The notes under the pieces were generated by a model. The model had not been told where the DNA came from, searched no databases, and was given only the letters and a program-made list of their open reading frames with translations. Positions 47,783-57,584 of a stretch of 64,000 nt of DNA are shown here, one piece after another. Source of the stretch: an uncultured Acidimicrobiia bacterium (lineage in GTDB: Bacteria; Acidobacteriota; Terriglobia; Versatilivoradales; Versatilivoraceae). The position numbers and the translations under genes are program-made. Each line of letters begins with the position of its first letter. Position 1 is the stretch's first letter. The stretch spans positions 1 to 64,000 of the forward strand of contig CAWBAT010000008.1 of assembly GCA_963786955.1 (NCBI GenBank), given 5' to 3'.

Positions 47783-47907
47783 CTCCTCACTCCCCGGCCC
47801 TTCTCCCATTGGTGAGAGGGCGTCCCTTCAGCTGAAGGGCAGGTTGAGGGGCAAAGTGTCCATTGAAACGACCTCCAAGATTGTCACGATGAATTGCAAA
47901 CAGCGAT
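47783..47907. repeat. CCTCAC..GTGAGG hairpin plus TA-type end
   Basis: About 60 bp shared with 55766-55830 and the reverse complement of 19186-19250. Confidence 0.7.
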
Positions 47908-48068
47908 CAGTGCCGCCCATTGTTTTAAAGCTGAATTACGTTGTACCGTTTGATTTCAATCTTCTCGCCCACGATTGGTACATCTTTAGTAACACGGAGA
48001 GGACGTGGGCTGTTGTCACCCGATGACGGAGAATGCGCTCCTTACAAATGAGAGCGGGGCCCGCCTAC

Positions 48069-48254
48069 ATGAAATGTCCTATCTGCAAAAAGGAAGCAAG
48101 GTGGGAAGGAAATACATTTCGCCCCTTTTGTAGCGAAAGATGCAAACTCATTGACTTGGGGAACTGGGCCAGCGAAAGGTATCGCGTTGCTCGCCAAGAC
48201 GAAGAGCCGGAAGAAGAACCTAGCATGGAAGAGAATCCAGCGAACGAGCCGTGA
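48069..48254 (+). CDS. yacG: DNA gyrase inhibitor YacG
   Basis: CPIC...[17 protein letters not shown]. Confidence 0.92.
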   Translation: MKCPICKKEARWEGNTFRPFCSERCKLIDLGNWASERYRVARQDEEPEEEPSMEENPANEP

Positions 48255-48282
48255 AGTTAATGCACAGTGTCCTTGCATCCAG

Positions 48283-48801
48283 ATGACCACCGTTAGACCC
48301 AAAATAAAGCTGGCACTGACAGACCGAGTGGCTCTCTTGATCGCGACGGGGTTGGGGATAGGTTACGCCCCTGTGGCGCCTGGAACATTCGGCTCATTCT
48401 TGGGGATTCTTCTTATCCTTTTGCTCTCCCGATTAGGATGGGAAGACGGACATCGGGTCGCTTTCTATTTAGTCATGGTGGGGATCATCAGCGCCATTGG
48501 AATATGGGCTGCTTCAAGAGCGGAGTCCATTTTCCAGCGGAAGGATCCCCCTCAAGTGGTGATCGATGAAATCGTAGGGCAGTTATTAACCTTTGGCTTG
48601 ATTTTCAGGAATCCCCGGTTTCTCCTGCTCTTGATTGGATTCCTCTTCTTTCGACTCTTTGACATTGTAAAACCTTTTCCAATCCGTAAGCTTGAAAAGG
48701 CGCCGCTTGGATTTGGGATTATGTTAGATGATCTTGTCGCGGGTTTTTACGCCTCGCTGGTTGTCAAAATTTTGCACCTTTTTTGGCCTGACCTGGCTTA
48801 A
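48283..48801 (+). CDS. pgpA: phosphatidylglycerophosphatase A
   Basis: APGTFGS, KDPPQVVIDE, FRLFDIVKP and MLDD motifs. Confidence 0.93.
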   Translation: MTTVRPKIKLALTDRVALLIATGLGIGYAPVAPGTFGSFLGILLILLLSRLGWEDGHRVAFYLVMVGIISAIGIWAASRAESIFQRKDPPQVVIDEIVGQLLTFGLIFRNPRFLLLLIGFLFFRLFDIVKPFPIRKLEKAPLGFGIMLDDLVAGFYASLVVKILHLFWPDLA

Positions 48802-48942
48802 TGCCATTGTGTTCGTAATTGGGAAGATGACCAGGACCTATTCTTGAGCCACTTTCGGGGGGGGGACTTGTTGATCCTTTGTTCCGGTGAAGGTGGAAGA
48901 AGAGGGTTCCTGAGATTTAGGTAAGGAACGAACCTTCGCACC

Positions 48943-49950
48943 ATGATTAAGATTATCGAAATTTCTCCATCGGTAGCTCTTCCGGGTGGTAATATTCTGA
49001 TCCGCTGGATGGGGAGACCTCGAGAAGCCTTTTCCCGCCCGACAGTCTTTTTCAACGATCTCCCGGCACATTTGATTTCTGCCTCCTCGGAATTGATTGT
49101 GGCGCAGGTGCCTGCCGACGCTCGAAGCGGGAAGATGTGGTTTACCCTTGAGGACGAGGAGAGCAATAGTCTTCCCATTGAGATTGCGCGTCTTTTGGCA
49201 TCGGATCTCCACCCGGTCGCGAACCCGGCGCTGGACTCTTCGGGGAGCATCTATACTACTCTCAGTGGACGTCGCGGGGAAAAGGTCAGCAACTCGGTTT
49301 TCAGAGTCGATGCCTCGGGCAAAGTCCAGGCATTTGTGAGTGATTTGATGAACCCCACAAGCCTGGCGTTTAACAACCAAGGCGAACTGTTCATCTCAAG
49401 TCGACACGAGGAAAATGTCTACAAAGTTTCCCCCTTTGGGGAGAAGAGCATTTATACCAAGGGAATGGGCGTAGCAACTGGGATTGCCTTTGATCGGGAA
49501 GACAACTTGTATGTCGGAGATCGGAGCGGAAACGTATTCAAAATTGATCGCAAACGCGAGATTTTTGTGTTGGCAACCCTGGAGCCCAGTGTCTCAGCGT
49601 ATCACTTAGCGTTTGATGCCGATCAAAATCTCTATGTCACGGGCCCAACGACTTCAAGTGTGGACCATATCTATCAGATTACTTCAAACGGAACGGTTTC
49701 CATCTTCTATTCAGGTTTGGGAAGGCCCCAGGGGCTGGCATTCGACAGTCGCGGCACTCTTTATGTGGCGGCCTCCCTCGAAGGACGTCGCGGAATTGTG
49801 GCAGTAACCCCTGAACGTGAGGCCAGGATTGTTGTCTCTGGAAATAACCTCGTGGGCTTAGCCTTCGGCTTCCATCATGACCTGTATCTGTGCAGTACCG
49901 ATTCCATCTACCACGTGAATTTTAGCGTTATGGGCAAGCCTCTCCCCTAG
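48943..49950 (+). CDS. IPT plus beta-propeller (gluconolactonase/NHL-like) protein
   Basis: Repeated P.GLAFD..G.LYV blades. Confidence 0.75.
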   Translation: MIKIIEISPSVALPGGNILIRWMGRPREAFSRPTVFFNDLPAHLISASSELIVAQVPADARSGKMWFTLEDEESNSLPIEIARLLASDLHPVANPALDSSGSIYTTLSGRRGEKVSNSVFRVDASGKVQAFVSDLMNPTSLAFNNQGELFISSRHEENVYKVSPFGEKSIYTKGMGVATGIAFDREDNLYVGDRSGNVFKIDRKREIFVLATLEPSVSAYHLAFDADQNLYVTGPTTSSVDHIYQITSNGTVSIFYSGLGRPQGLAFDSRGTLYVAASLEGRRGIVAVTPEREARIVVSGNNLVGLAFGFHHDLYLCSTDSIYHVNFSVMGKPLP

Positions 49951-50099
49951 TAACAAGATGCGCTCATGCAGGCGCGTCCTTCCATTGGAGAGTATTGGCT
50001 CCCACTGGCTAGCGGAGAATAGCTGGGAAAAGGCCGGACGATCGTAGGCCGAATGTCGGATCTAAACCTTGGGCCGTTCAAGCAAGGACCCCTCCTCAA

Positions 50100-51347
50100 A
50101 TGATTAAGAGCGCAGAGATAATCGCAATTGGTTCTGAGTTATTGACTCCCAATTGCATCGATACCAACTCGCTGTTCTTGACCGAGCGATTAAACTCGAT
50201 TGGGATCGAAGTCGAAATGAAAACCATTGTCGGCGACAACGAGGCTTATCTGGAGCAATTGGTTCGAGAATCGATTAAGCGTTCTTCGCTTGTTATTTCG
50301 ACTGGCGGCCTTGGGCCGACTGAGGACGACGTTACCAAGAAAGTCTTTGCAAGAGTTCTGAAGAGACAAATGGTACTGGATGATCAAATTCTCGATCGTA
50401 TCCAGGCGCGATTTCACGCTCGAGGAATGACGATGCCCGCCATTAATGCCAGACAGGCCCTCGTGCCAGTGGGGGCAACCGTTCTGGAGAATGTGGCAGG
50501 AACCGCACCGGGCTTGTGGATGGAAGAGGGGGAATGCCGAATCATCCTTCTGCCCGGTCCGCCCAGCGAACTCAAGTCCATGTTTGATAGCTCTTGCTTG
50601 CCCAGGTTAGCCGAACTTTCAGGCGGAGCAAGGCTTTTCACCCAAGTTTTTAAGGTCACCGGTCTGAGCGAATCTGCGCTGGACGAGCGGATCTCACCAA
50701 TTTACGTCAAATATAAGAATCCGGTCACGACAGTTCTGGCAACCTACCCGAGTGAAGTTCAAATTCACTTGACGGGCCGTGGCAAGTCTGAAGAAGATGC
50801 CAGAAAAATTGTGATGGAGCTGGCCGATCAAATTGAAATTGAGTTGGGCGATGATATCTTTTCTCGAGGTGAAGAGAATTTAGAACAGATCGTTGGCTAT
50901 TACCTCCTGATGCGCCGTCACACCCTTGCAGTTGCCGAAAGTTGCACGGGGGGGCTAATTTCTCAGAGAATAACGTCGGTTCCAGGAAGCTCCGCGTATT
51001 TCCTTTGTGGAATCACCTGCTACAGCAATCAATCTAAGATTGAATTGGCAGGGATTCCGCCGCTTCACATTGAAATGAATGGGGCCGTCAGCCCGGAGAT
51101 AGCCAAGGGCCTGGCTGAAGGGATTCGCGAACGGACAGGAGCAACCGTGGGTGTCGGAGTGACAGGAATCGCGGGACCTTCCGGGGCCACAGTCGAAAAA
51201 CCGGTTGGGCTGGTTTACATTGCCCTATCCATGGCAGATTGCTTGGAGCATCGCGAATGTCGCTTCGGGGGGGATCGCGAGCGAATTCGGCAGTGGTCTT
51301 CGCAGGTTGCACTGGATATGGTGCGGCGAAAGTTGATGTACGGATGA
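50100..51347 (+). CDS. cinA: competence/damage-inducible protein CinA
   Basis: IGSELL, DTNS, GGLGPTEDD, AESCTGG and TGIAGP motifs. Confidence 0.93.
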   Translation: MIKSAEIIAIGSELLTPNCIDTNSLFLTERLNSIGIEVEMKTIVGDNEAYLEQLVRESIKRSSLVISTGGLGPTEDDVTKKVFARVLKRQMVLDDQILDRIQARFHARGMTMPAINARQALVPVGATVLENVAGTAPGLWMEEGECRIILLPGPPSELKSMFDSSCLPRLAELSGGARLFTQVFKVTGLSESALDERISPIYVKYKNPVTTVLATYPSEVQIHLTGRGKSEEDARKIVMELADQIEIELGDDIFSRGEENLEQIVGYYLLMRRHTLAVAESCTGGLISQRITSVPGSSAYFLCGITCYSNQSKIELAGIPPLHIEMNGAVSPEIAKGLAEGIRERTGATVGVGVTGIAGPSGATVEKPVGLVYIALSMADCLEHRECRFGGDRERIRQWSSQVALDMVRRKLMYG

Positions 51348-51964
51348 CCTTATATTGGCGGGAGCTTCTTCTCATCATCATCGCCTATGGCATCGGTTCA
51401 ATCCCCTTTGGCTACCTGATCGTTCAAGTCAAAAAGGGATTTGACGTCCGTTCGGTCGGCAGTGGAAATATCGGAGCGACCAACGTTTTGAGAACCGTCG
51501 GCCGATCAGGCGCCTTTTTGACGCTGTTTCTGGATGGAGCGAAAGGATTTCTGGTGGTGTGGATTGCAGATTCCTGGACAGGTCATAATCCGGTTGCGAT
51601 CGGTCTTTCAGCCGTGGCCGTTCTCCTGGGGCACATTTTTCCGGTCTTTTTGCGTTTTCGAGGCGGGAAAGGGGTTGCGACCGCGCTCGGTATTTTCCTT
51701 TACATTGGGCTGACTCCGATACTCTGGACCCTTGGAATATTCTCTGCGGTAGTGTTGATTTCACGATACATCTCTCTGGGGTCGATTATCGCTGCGGCAA
51801 TTTTTCCAATCTTATATTTTTTCATGCAATTTAAGCATCAGCCCTCCGTCTGGCTACTCATCTCTGTATGTTTCTGCTGTTTTCTGGTCATTGTAAAACA
51901 TCATGACAATTTACGCAGGTTACTTGCCGGCAGAGAAAATAAGTTCTCAGCCGCCACGAAGTGA
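51344..51964 (+). CDS. plsY: glycerol-3-phosphate acyltransferase PlsY
   Basis: GSIPFG, GSGNIGATN, GGKGVAT and KHHDNLRRL motifs. Confidence 0.95.
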   Translation: MTLYWRELLLIIIAYGIGSIPFGYLIVQVKKGFDVRSVGSGNIGATNVLRTVGRSGAFLTLFLDGAKGFLVVWIADSWTGHNPVAIGLSAVAVLLGHIFPVFLRFRGGKGVATALGIFLYIGLTPILWTLGIFSAVVLISRYISLGSIIAAAIFPILYFFMQFKHQPSVWLLISVCFCCFLVIVKHHDNLRRLLAGRENKFSAATK

Positions 51965-52057
51965 AGCTTTTGTTTGGAGGGGCCCGATTATCTCGTTTCA
52001 AGTTCAAATTATAGCGAGGGGCACGGCCTCTTGCTTTGTTCGTGAAAAGTGCTTTCT

Positions 52058-53056
52058 ATGAAAAAGGTTGCGATCATCGGAGGTGGCAGTTGGGGGACCG
52101 CTCTGGCTTTAGTCTTGTCCCAGAAATGCCAACAGGTCAGAATCTGGGTCTATGAAGCAGAGTTAGTCGATGCCATCAATCAGAATCATCGAAATAATCT
52201 CTACATGCCGGAGTGTGAGTTACCTTCGGCGATCCAGGCCACGCATTCTCTAGCGGATGCTTTGGCAGAATCTGAGATGGCCATAATGGTGGTACCTTCC
52301 CGCCACTTTCGGAAGGTTTCAGAAGAGCTGAAGCCTTGTATACGGCCTGAAACAATTCTAGTGAGTGCCACCAAGGGGATCGAAAATCAAACTCTCTGTC
52401 GAATGTCTCAAATTCTCGAAGAAGTTCTCTGCGAACAATCCGGATGCCACATTGCGGCGATTTCCGGTCCATCCTTTGCAAAAGAGGTCGCCCGAGGCAA
52501 TCCAACAGCGATTGTGGTTGCCAGTCATGACAAGAAGACGGCTGAATTCGTTCAGTCCGAGCTCTCGAGCGCTAACCTGCGCCTATATACCAGTAACGAT
52601 ATGGTCGGAGTGGAACTAGGCGGGGCTGTAAAGAATGTCATTGCGATTGCAGCGGGAGTCTGTGCCGGCCTGGGATACGGATCCAATTCGCTGGCAGCAT
52701 TAATCACTCGAGGATTGGCGGAGATGACCCGGCTGGTCGTTGCTTGTGGAGGAAAACCGCTGACCCTTGCCGGCTTATCCGGGATTGGAGATCTTGTTTT
52801 GACATGTACAGGAGACCTCAGCCGAAACCGCTCCATCGGAATACAACTGGGACAAGGAAGAAAGCTTGATGAAATTATCACGGGGATGAGGACGGTGGCA
52901 GAAGGGATCCCCACAACCCAGGCAACTCTTTCTCTCGCTAAGAAACATCATGTCGAAATGCCCATCATCGAACAGATGGATGCCGTACTGAATCGAGGAA
53001 AGGTGGCTCGTCAGGCGATTCGCGAACTGATGGAACGACCGCTAAAAGAAGAATAA
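52058..53056 (+). CDS. gpsA: NAD(P)H-dependent glycerol-3-phosphate dehydrogenase
   Basis: GGGSWGTA, ATKGIE, SGPSFA, KNVIAI, GDLVLTC and SRN motifs. Confidence 0.96.
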   Translation: MKKVAIIGGGSWGTALALVLSQKCQQVRIWVYEAELVDAINQNHRNNLYMPECELPSAIQATHSLADALAESEMAIMVVPSRHFRKVSEELKPCIRPETILVSATKGIENQTLCRMSQILEEVLCEQSGCHIAAISGPSFAKEVARGNPTAIVVASHDKKTAEFVQSELSSANLRLYTSNDMVGVELGGAVKNVIAIAAGVCAGLGYGSNSLAALITRGLAEMTRLVVACGGKPLTLAGLSGIGDLVLTCTGDLSRNRSIGIQLGQGRKLDEIITGMRTVAEGIPTTQATLSLAKKHHVEMPIIEQMDAVLNRGKVARQAIRELMERPLKEE

Positions 53057-53203
53057 GGAACAATCAAAGGTGTCACTTAGCTGGCAGCTCTGGGTCAAGA
53101 GGTCTTGCCAAAGTGGGAAAGAGCCAACCCGTCATGCTTTGTGGTTAAATCGTCTTTCAATGAAACATCCCGCGGGAAGTATCCCAGGCGTTGACCCCCT
53201 ACC

Positions 53204-53812
53204 TTATGTTTGCCGATCTAGCTCTCTGGAACCTTCCAATGGTTCGACAAGCTTTAAAAAATCGCGAATGATTTGAGCCGTCAATCCCCAGACCTCTTTC
53301 GATTCAAATTGATAAAAATAAATCTTTTTTTCCTGTTCAAAACGCTTTTTCATTTCGACGCGCAATAGGCGGTTATCTCGAAAAATGCTCCAAGGGACTC
53401 GAAGAACCTCCTCCACCTCGTCCGGGTTTGGTCTTAAGTCCTTTGGAGGCGCGATCCAACCCACAAAGGGTGTTACAATCAGCCCTGTTATCGAGTAATA
53501 CTCGTCAAATTCACCCAGGATGCTTATATCTCCCGGTACCAATCCGATTTCTTCCCACGTCTCGCGGAGCGCCGTGTGAACGAGATCCCGGTCATCGGAG
53601 GCCTGGACTCCCCCAGGAAAAGAGATCTGATTTTTATGGGTCTCCACTTTGTCGGTTCGGAGTGTCAACAGAAAGAAGTTGCGGGAATCATCCTGGAAGA
53701 TAGGCATCAAAACGGCCGCCCGCCCCAAATGGTCTTGAAATAGTTTGCGCGGGCCGCGCGAGTTCAGTAAAGAGGATATCTGCAGTGCGAGAGAGGGTAG
53801 CGGTTCCATCAC
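53204..53812 (-). CDS. CoA pyrophosphatase (Nudix, NudL-like)
   Basis: AAVLMP, QISFPGG, TALRETWEEIGL, NPDEV and VWGLT motifs. Confidence 0.9.
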   Translation of the reverse strand: MMEPLPSLALQISSLLNSRGPRKLFQDHLGRAAVLMPIFQDDSRNFFLLTLRTDKVETHKNQISFPGGVQASDDRDLVHTALRETWEEIGLVPGDISILGEFDEYYSITGLIVTPFVGWIAPPKDLRPNPDEVEEVLRVPWSIFRDNRLLRVEMKKRFEQEKKIYFYQFESKEVWGLTAQIIRDFLKLVEPLEGSRELDRQT

Positions 53813-54135
53813 AACGAAGTATCATTTCATGTTTATATCGGCATGAAGCTGCTTAGTGAGAAAGCCCCGAGCCGTTGCTCGTCCGGTTAGTGTACATTCA
53901 GATCCGGAGTTCTATTTTAGCGAGGCAACATGGCCTGACCAACAAAAAACGCAGAACTGTTTTGAATTATTAAAAAAAGGAGGGGTTGAAATTGACACCA
54001 CCGAGCCCGGAAATGGAGCGAATGAAGTCAGGGATTGAGTTTTTGCTCTCGGAGAACCGGCAGGGCTCATGAATTCAATGGCCCAGCCACACAGGGAACC
54101 GGTTCAGCTTATGTTTTCTTCAGATCGGAGCCAGC

Positions 54136-55296
54136 TTAGAATAATCTTCTTGAGATATTGAAACCAATTCCCAATCCACTCCAGGAGTCACTGTATCCCG
54201 GGTAAAGGGCACTGCGGGTGGCCGATCGTTGGGAGATCGACGTCCCGGGAGAATTCGTGAAACCGAACGTGAAGCTGTGACGGAAGATTTTCTTCTGAAC
54301 TCCCAGCATGAATGAAGCGCGTTGAGTCCCCAGAAGTCCTAAAACACGTGGGCTTGCTTCGGCTACAAAAGCCACAGTGGGACGAATGTCGATGGAAACG
54401 CCGGCCCCAAGCGCGACAGTTGTTTCCCCCTTCCCTTTAAACTGAAGGTTAATAACATCTTGTAACGAACGATTGTTGAAAGAAATACTGGGCACAAAAT
54501 AGACCTGAGAGCGCTTCTTGATCGTCTTTGCCAGGGCGAATTCCATACTGGTAATGTACTCATTCCGGAAATCGTTTGTCCCCTCGACGGAGACCCGTAC
54601 GATGCTCGAAAAAGGCTGTCCAAGTTCTTCCTGTGAAAGCTGAGCGCCAACACCAAATTGGAGCTCTCTGCCTAGTGCTGTAGGAACCCGGTACGCCCCT
54701 ACAAAAAATCGGTCGGTCAATCCATACGTCAGGCCGAAAGAGGAAACCGAGAAGCCGTCCATCCCAAACAGGTAAGACAATCGAGCTTGTCCGACAAAGG
54801 TTGTGTCGTACGAAAAGCGGTGGGCGAAATCCACATAGAGCGCGTGTTTGTCAATATGGCGAGCCGTGGGAAGAGTCCAGAGGATGATATCCTCGGTATG
54901 ATAAACATCCTCATCTTTCTTGATGACTTTCTTGGAAGTTGAAGCGGTATCGGAGTTCTTTGCCTCGGAAGGGGCCGGCCCTGCCTGTCCCGAAGCCACT
55001 TCGGTTGCTCCGGGATCCCGTGGAGGAATCTCAAGGATTTGATGGGTCGCGGTATCAATCAAATAGCGTTTCCCGTCTTTTTCGAGCAAAATCTGAGAAC
55101 TGGACTCTTTGACAAACTCCACGCCCTTTAGTGCTGGAACCGGAGTTAGATGTTGCAGGTCCACACCTTTGTTGGTATCGGCTGTAGCTGAAGCGACATC
55201 CGTCAAAGAGGTGTCTTCAATTGTCTGGGCAGGGAGAAAGACCGGGAAAAGGGCTACCAGAAGTACACTCAAGAAGCGAACGAATCTCAAAACCAT
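54136..55296 (-). CDS. DUF5777-like outer-membrane beta-barrel protein
   Basis: Signal peptide, LPT, FAHRF, RHSF..FTN and terminal GFNISRRLF. Confidence 0.7.
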   Translation of the reverse strand: MVLRFVRFLSVLLVALFPVFLPAQTIEDTSLTDVASATADTNKGVDLQHLTPVPALKGVEFVKESSSQILLEKDGKRYLIDTATHQILEIPPRDPGATEVASGQAGPAPSEAKNSDTASTSKKVIKKDEDVYHTEDIILWTLPTARHIDKHALYVDFAHRFSYDTTFVGQARLSYLFGMDGFSVSSFGLTYGLTDRFFVGAYRVPTALGRELQFGVGAQLSQEELGQPFSSIVRVSVEGTNDFRNEYITSMEFALAKTIKKRSQVYFVPSISFNNRSLQDVINLQFKGKGETTVALGAGVSIDIRPTVAFVAEASPRVLGLLGTQRASFMLGVQKKIFRHSFTFGFTNSPGTSISQRSATRSALYPGYSDSWSGLGIGFNISRRLF

Positions 55297-55620
55297 GGAT
55301 TAACTCTCCTCATTTGTATTTGCCATGTAGTGGAAAGTCTGTTTGAACGCGCGGCCAATCCGCCCCTTGGTCATCCCGGACTTAAGATTTGCAAGCAAAT
55401 AGCGCTTTCCTCAATATATCTCTTTTGGGGTGACTCTGACGGGGTGCACTCGTTAGTTGTGTAGGGGAGGGGTTGAGTGGAAGAATCTGGTGGTTGAGCC
55501 GTTTAGCAGAGAAAGGACAGCCTTGGCAATTCCCGGGGGACTCAATGGAAAGCGGGTATTGACCTTGCTATATTAAACCGCGTTCAAACGGTGACCGTCT
55601 GAATTCCCCTCCGCTGGAGG

Positions 55621-55740
55621 GAAGGTGTGAAAAGATTGTAGTAACGACTTCAGTTGTTCCGGAGCCAGGTTAAAAAGAAACGACTAAAGTCGTCACTACA
55701 AACCCTCAATAAGCCCGCTCATCAATTCTTTCAAACCTTC
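55621..55740. mobile_element. MITE family A copy with a different REP pair
   Basis: gaaggtgtgaaaagatt / aattctttcaaaccttc ends, AGG duplication (55618-55620, 55741-55743); core gtagtaacgacttcagt...aacgactaaagtcgtcactac. Confidence 0.78.
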
Positions 55741-56036
55741 AGGGGTTTGGGGCGCCGAAGGCGAGGTGAGGGGCCAAGTGTCAAACGAATCAACCTCCAA
55801 AATTGTCACTATAATTTGCAAACAGCGATAGATTACCATTTAAAGAGGGTGCTCCCTCGGGGATTGGTTGGACAGGCAAAGAATTTGGATGTTGCAAAGA
55901 GTTGGCGCACGCCTGATCCAGCAGAATCACTTGCCGTTCCGGGCTGGCTTGCTATGATGTCGGTGGCGGAGCACCTTCAGATTGAAACTTCGAAGGAAAT
56001 TCGAAAGAGTCTCCTTAATATTTTTTCGAGCCTCAG

Positions 56037-57332
56037 GTGAAGAATATGGCACGAACCGCAATGGTTACCTGTTTAGTTGTGGCTCTATTTGTAGCCACTG
56101 CAGCGGCACAGTCATCCCCTCTCTCGGTGGAGGATTGCATTCGACTGGCTCAAACGGCTCAGTCCACGATCACTATGGCCCAACAGCAAAGTGAGATTGC
56201 CCGTTACGGTCGAACCATGGCTCGATCTGGATTTCTTCCGCAGTTTCGTTTTGATAATTCCTTCATTTACAATAGTCCCTTACTTAATAACCCAGCTGTC
56301 TTCAGCTTCGTCAACTTAAACGGGATACGCGAATATATCTCCCTGCTGAATACCACCCTGGAGCTGGATACTTCTGGAAGATTGCGGGCGGTGATGGCGC
56401 GAGCTCGGGCGGACCAAGACATTGCAACCGCGAGCCTGGGAATTGCCCAACGCGATTTGCGACGGCTGGTTACTGCTGCTTTTTTTCAACTCCAGCTTTC
56501 GCGCCATCTGGTTGAGGCAGCCCGCAATACTTTGGCAGAAGCCCAACAATTCGAAGCACGCACAGAGCTTCTTTTCAAGAAGGGAGAAGCAGCCGAAGGG
56601 GACTTGTTTAAAGCCTCTGCCCAGGCAGCCTTTCTGGAGCAAGCCCTGAGTGCTGCGGAACTTCAGGAGCAGTTGTCCAATCATGCTCTCGCCTCGTTTT
56701 GGACCCGCGACGTCAACACGCCTTTGGTCTTGAAAGATGTGCTGGATCAGCCTGTGCCTCCTCCTCTTGAAGGGATTGGAGAGCACGGTTCTCCGGATCC
56801 CTTCATGCGCCGGCTTGAATTGGTTATTCTGGACGCACAGCGGCGTGGCATTCTCGCAGATTCTCACCGGGCTCGAGCCGAACTTTTGCCGCAGGCCAAT
56901 ATCACTTTTGAATACGGAGTCGATTCAACCCAAGCCCTGATTCGCGATCGAGGCTATGCCGCCTTCTTCAACCTCAGTATTCCTATTTTTGATTGGTTCA
57001 AGGCTCACAGTGCGACCCGACAATTTCAGTTACAGGCGAAGCAAGTGGAATTTACGCGCGATATCGCCGTGCGAACCTTTTCCAAGGAGTACTGGGACGC
57101 AATGGATCGCGTTAAGACGCTTCACTCTCAAATCTTGATGACACAAAAACAAGTGAAGTTTTCTGAAGAGGACCTTCGGATAAGTCGCCTGCGACAGGAG
57201 GGAGGAGAAGGGTCGGCTCTCCACGTCGTTGTTGCCCAGACTCAACTGGCTCAGGCGCGCACCAATTATTACACGGTCCTGGCAAATTATTGGATTGCCA
57301 GAACAGATCTGGATATTGCCAGTGGACATTGA
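56037..57332 (+). CDS. TolC family outer membrane efflux protein
   Basis: Signal peptide, helical OEP repeats, LSIPIFDW; first gene of the RND operon. Confidence 0.88.
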   Translation: MKNMARTAMVTCLVVALFVATAAAQSSPLSVEDCIRLAQTAQSTITMAQQQSEIARYGRTMARSGFLPQFRFDNSFIYNSPLLNNPAVFSFVNLNGIREYISLLNTTLELDTSGRLRAVMARARADQDIATASLGIAQRDLRRLVTAAFFQLQLSRHLVEAARNTLAEAQQFEARTELLFKKGEAAEGDLFKASAQAAFLEQALSAAELQEQLSNHALASFWTRDVNTPLVLKDVLDQPVPPPLEGIGEHGSPDPFMRRLELVILDAQRRGILADSHRARAELLPQANITFEYGVDSTQALIRDRGYAAFFNLSIPIFDWFKAHSATRQFQLQAKQVEFTRDIAVRTFSKEYWDAMDRVKTLHSQILMTQKQVKFSEEDLRISRLRQEGGEGSALHVVVAQTQLAQARTNYYTVLANYWIARTDLDIASGH

Positions 57333-57346
57333 TCTGAATTCAAGGC

Positions 57347-57432
57347 AGCGTGCGGGCACGCGGCCTTCAAAGTTGTAGGCCGGGTCACCGACCCGGCGTT
57401 AACGTCACCGTATTTATGAAAAGCAGTACTTA
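57347..57432. repeat. REP pair plus TA-type end, copy of the right part of 522-652
   Basis: aaagttgtaggccgggtcaccgacccggcgttaacgtcaccgtatttatgaaaagcagtactta is present at both loci. Confidence 0.85.
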
Positions 57433-57584
57433 CTACTAGCCTGTCATTTTTAACCCGGATGATGCCAAGAAAGCCAGCGAGAGCAGTGATTGGATGCAAT
57501 ATTGCTCATGAAGCGGGAACCATTCCATTGAAAGTAACCTGTGTGATCCGAGCACTTCCCCGTGTTCCCCGTGGTCTAACAACC

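Noticed and set aside
55654-56040. 128-aa ORF upstream of tolC
   Set aside because: Runs through MITE and hairpin repeats, so it is likely spurious; the same applies to the short ORFs at 301-543, 19195-19452, 30472-30987 and 37636-38164.
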